64,000 nucleotides of DNA from an uncultured Verrucomicrobiae bacterium. Lineage in GTDB: Bacteria > Verrucomicrobiota > Verrucomicrobiia > Chthoniobacterales > Chthoniobacteraceae. Positions 63,333-64,000 of the stretch are shown piece by piece. The position numbers were made by a program, and so were the translations under genes. The notes under the pieces were generated by a model. The model had not been told where the DNA came from and made no database searches. It saw nothing but the letters and a program-made list of their open reading frames with translations. How positions within the stretch are numbered: the stretch's first letter is position 1; each line of letters starts with the position of its first letter. Location of the stretch: positions 512,001-576,000 of the forward strand of contig CAWIKF010000001.1 of assembly GCA_963836755.1 (NCBI GenBank). The letters are read 5' to 3'.

Positions 63333-63697
63333 TACTTTTTCCCGCGCTTCTCCTCCTCGGCGAGATCGAGGTGAAAGCGGCGCAGGAACCGGTTGAACAC
63401 CGGCGCGAAAAGCACGCCCGCGACGCCGATGAAAAGCAGCCCGCTGAAGAGCGCGTAGAACGACGCGAAAAGTTTTGACGCCGCATTGTGCAGCGGATCC
63501 ACCGGCCCCATGCCGCCGAGAATCATCGATGCGTTCAAAAGCGAATCGACCCACGGCAATCCGTCGAGCGCGTGATAGCCGAGCACGCCAATCGCCAACG
63601 CGATGCTGATGACGACAAATGCGACGCCTGCATTCCGCAGCAAATGGTGCGCGAAGCGGCGGCGCGAATGGAGCGGATGCTTCCGAAATTCTGGCAT
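63332..63697 (-). CDS. Small membrane protein (TM - pore-loop-like - TM)
   Basis: GYHALDGLPWVDSLLNASMILGGMGP...KLFASFYALFSG. Confidence 0.8.
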   Translation of the reverse strand: MPEFRKHPLHSRRRFAHHLLRNAGVAFVVISIALAIGVLGYHALDGLPWVDSLLNASMILGGMGPVDPLHNAASKLFASFYALFSGLLFIGVAGVLFAPVFNRFLRRFHLDLAEEEKRGKK

Positions 63698-63782
63698 CAA
63701 AGTTTCCTATCACACGCCGCGCGCAAGCAAAGATTTTGTCGCGCGCTCCGACGCTTCATTTCAAAAAAAGTCGCCGGTGCTG

Positions 63783-64000
63783 CTAGCGGCTGACGTCTTG
63801 TCGGAACGCGCTGATGGACGCTTTCATGTCGCTCTGGATCATGAACGATGCAATTTTCCGCTTGAGCCCGAAGCCGCCCGCGAGGCCGGGTGCCGAGACG
63901 AGGTCGCCCTCCCAAACGAGGCTGCCGCCGTGCCACGGCCAGATCTCCGCGCACGTGAGTGCGGTGAGGTAGCCGCTGCTGACATAAAAGTCGGCGTCTA
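63783..64000 (-). CDS. C-terminal part of a hypothetical protein (5' end outside the window)
   Basis: Open frame DADFYVSSGYLTALTCAEIWPWHGGSLVWEGDLVSAP...FRQDVSR* ending at 63783. Confidence 0.55.
   Translation of the reverse strand, partial: DADFYVSSGYLTALTCAEIWPWHGGSLVWEGDLVSAPGLAGGFGLKRKIASFMIQSDMKASISAFRQDVSR

Overview
64 kb of a GC-rich bacterial chromosome, probably Verrucomicrobiota (inferred from the TGTTC-N4-GAACA LexA box in front of lexA, the PVC-type pilin-like gene and overall gene content). Most of it is ordinary backbone: glnB, uppP, cimA, lexA, ruvB, ruvC, moeB, rffA, CBS-PPase, LigD-type polymerase, ClC channel, acnA, glcD/glcF, xseA, glgB, two pilT, infA, lipB, two two-component pairs and two tRNAs. 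One accessory island (about 31.7-40.3 kb) carries two adjacent 21-bp tandem arrays, a heavily frameshifted type I restriction-modification operon (hsdR-hsdS-two cargo ORFs-hsdM) and an FN3-domain gene with a paralog at 57.6 kb. The most striking observation is an orphan R.PabI-family (HALFPIPE) restriction-glycosylase homolog at 44844-45656. It keeps the catalytic and recognition motifs, has an N-terminal signal-peptide-like segment, and has no adjacent methyltransferase. Its family target GTAC is, by manual scan, absent from the whole backbone, with only three copies, all in hsdM. A second perfect LexA box sits in front of an output-less PAS-PAS gene. All calls come from reading the sequence by eye; no searches were run.
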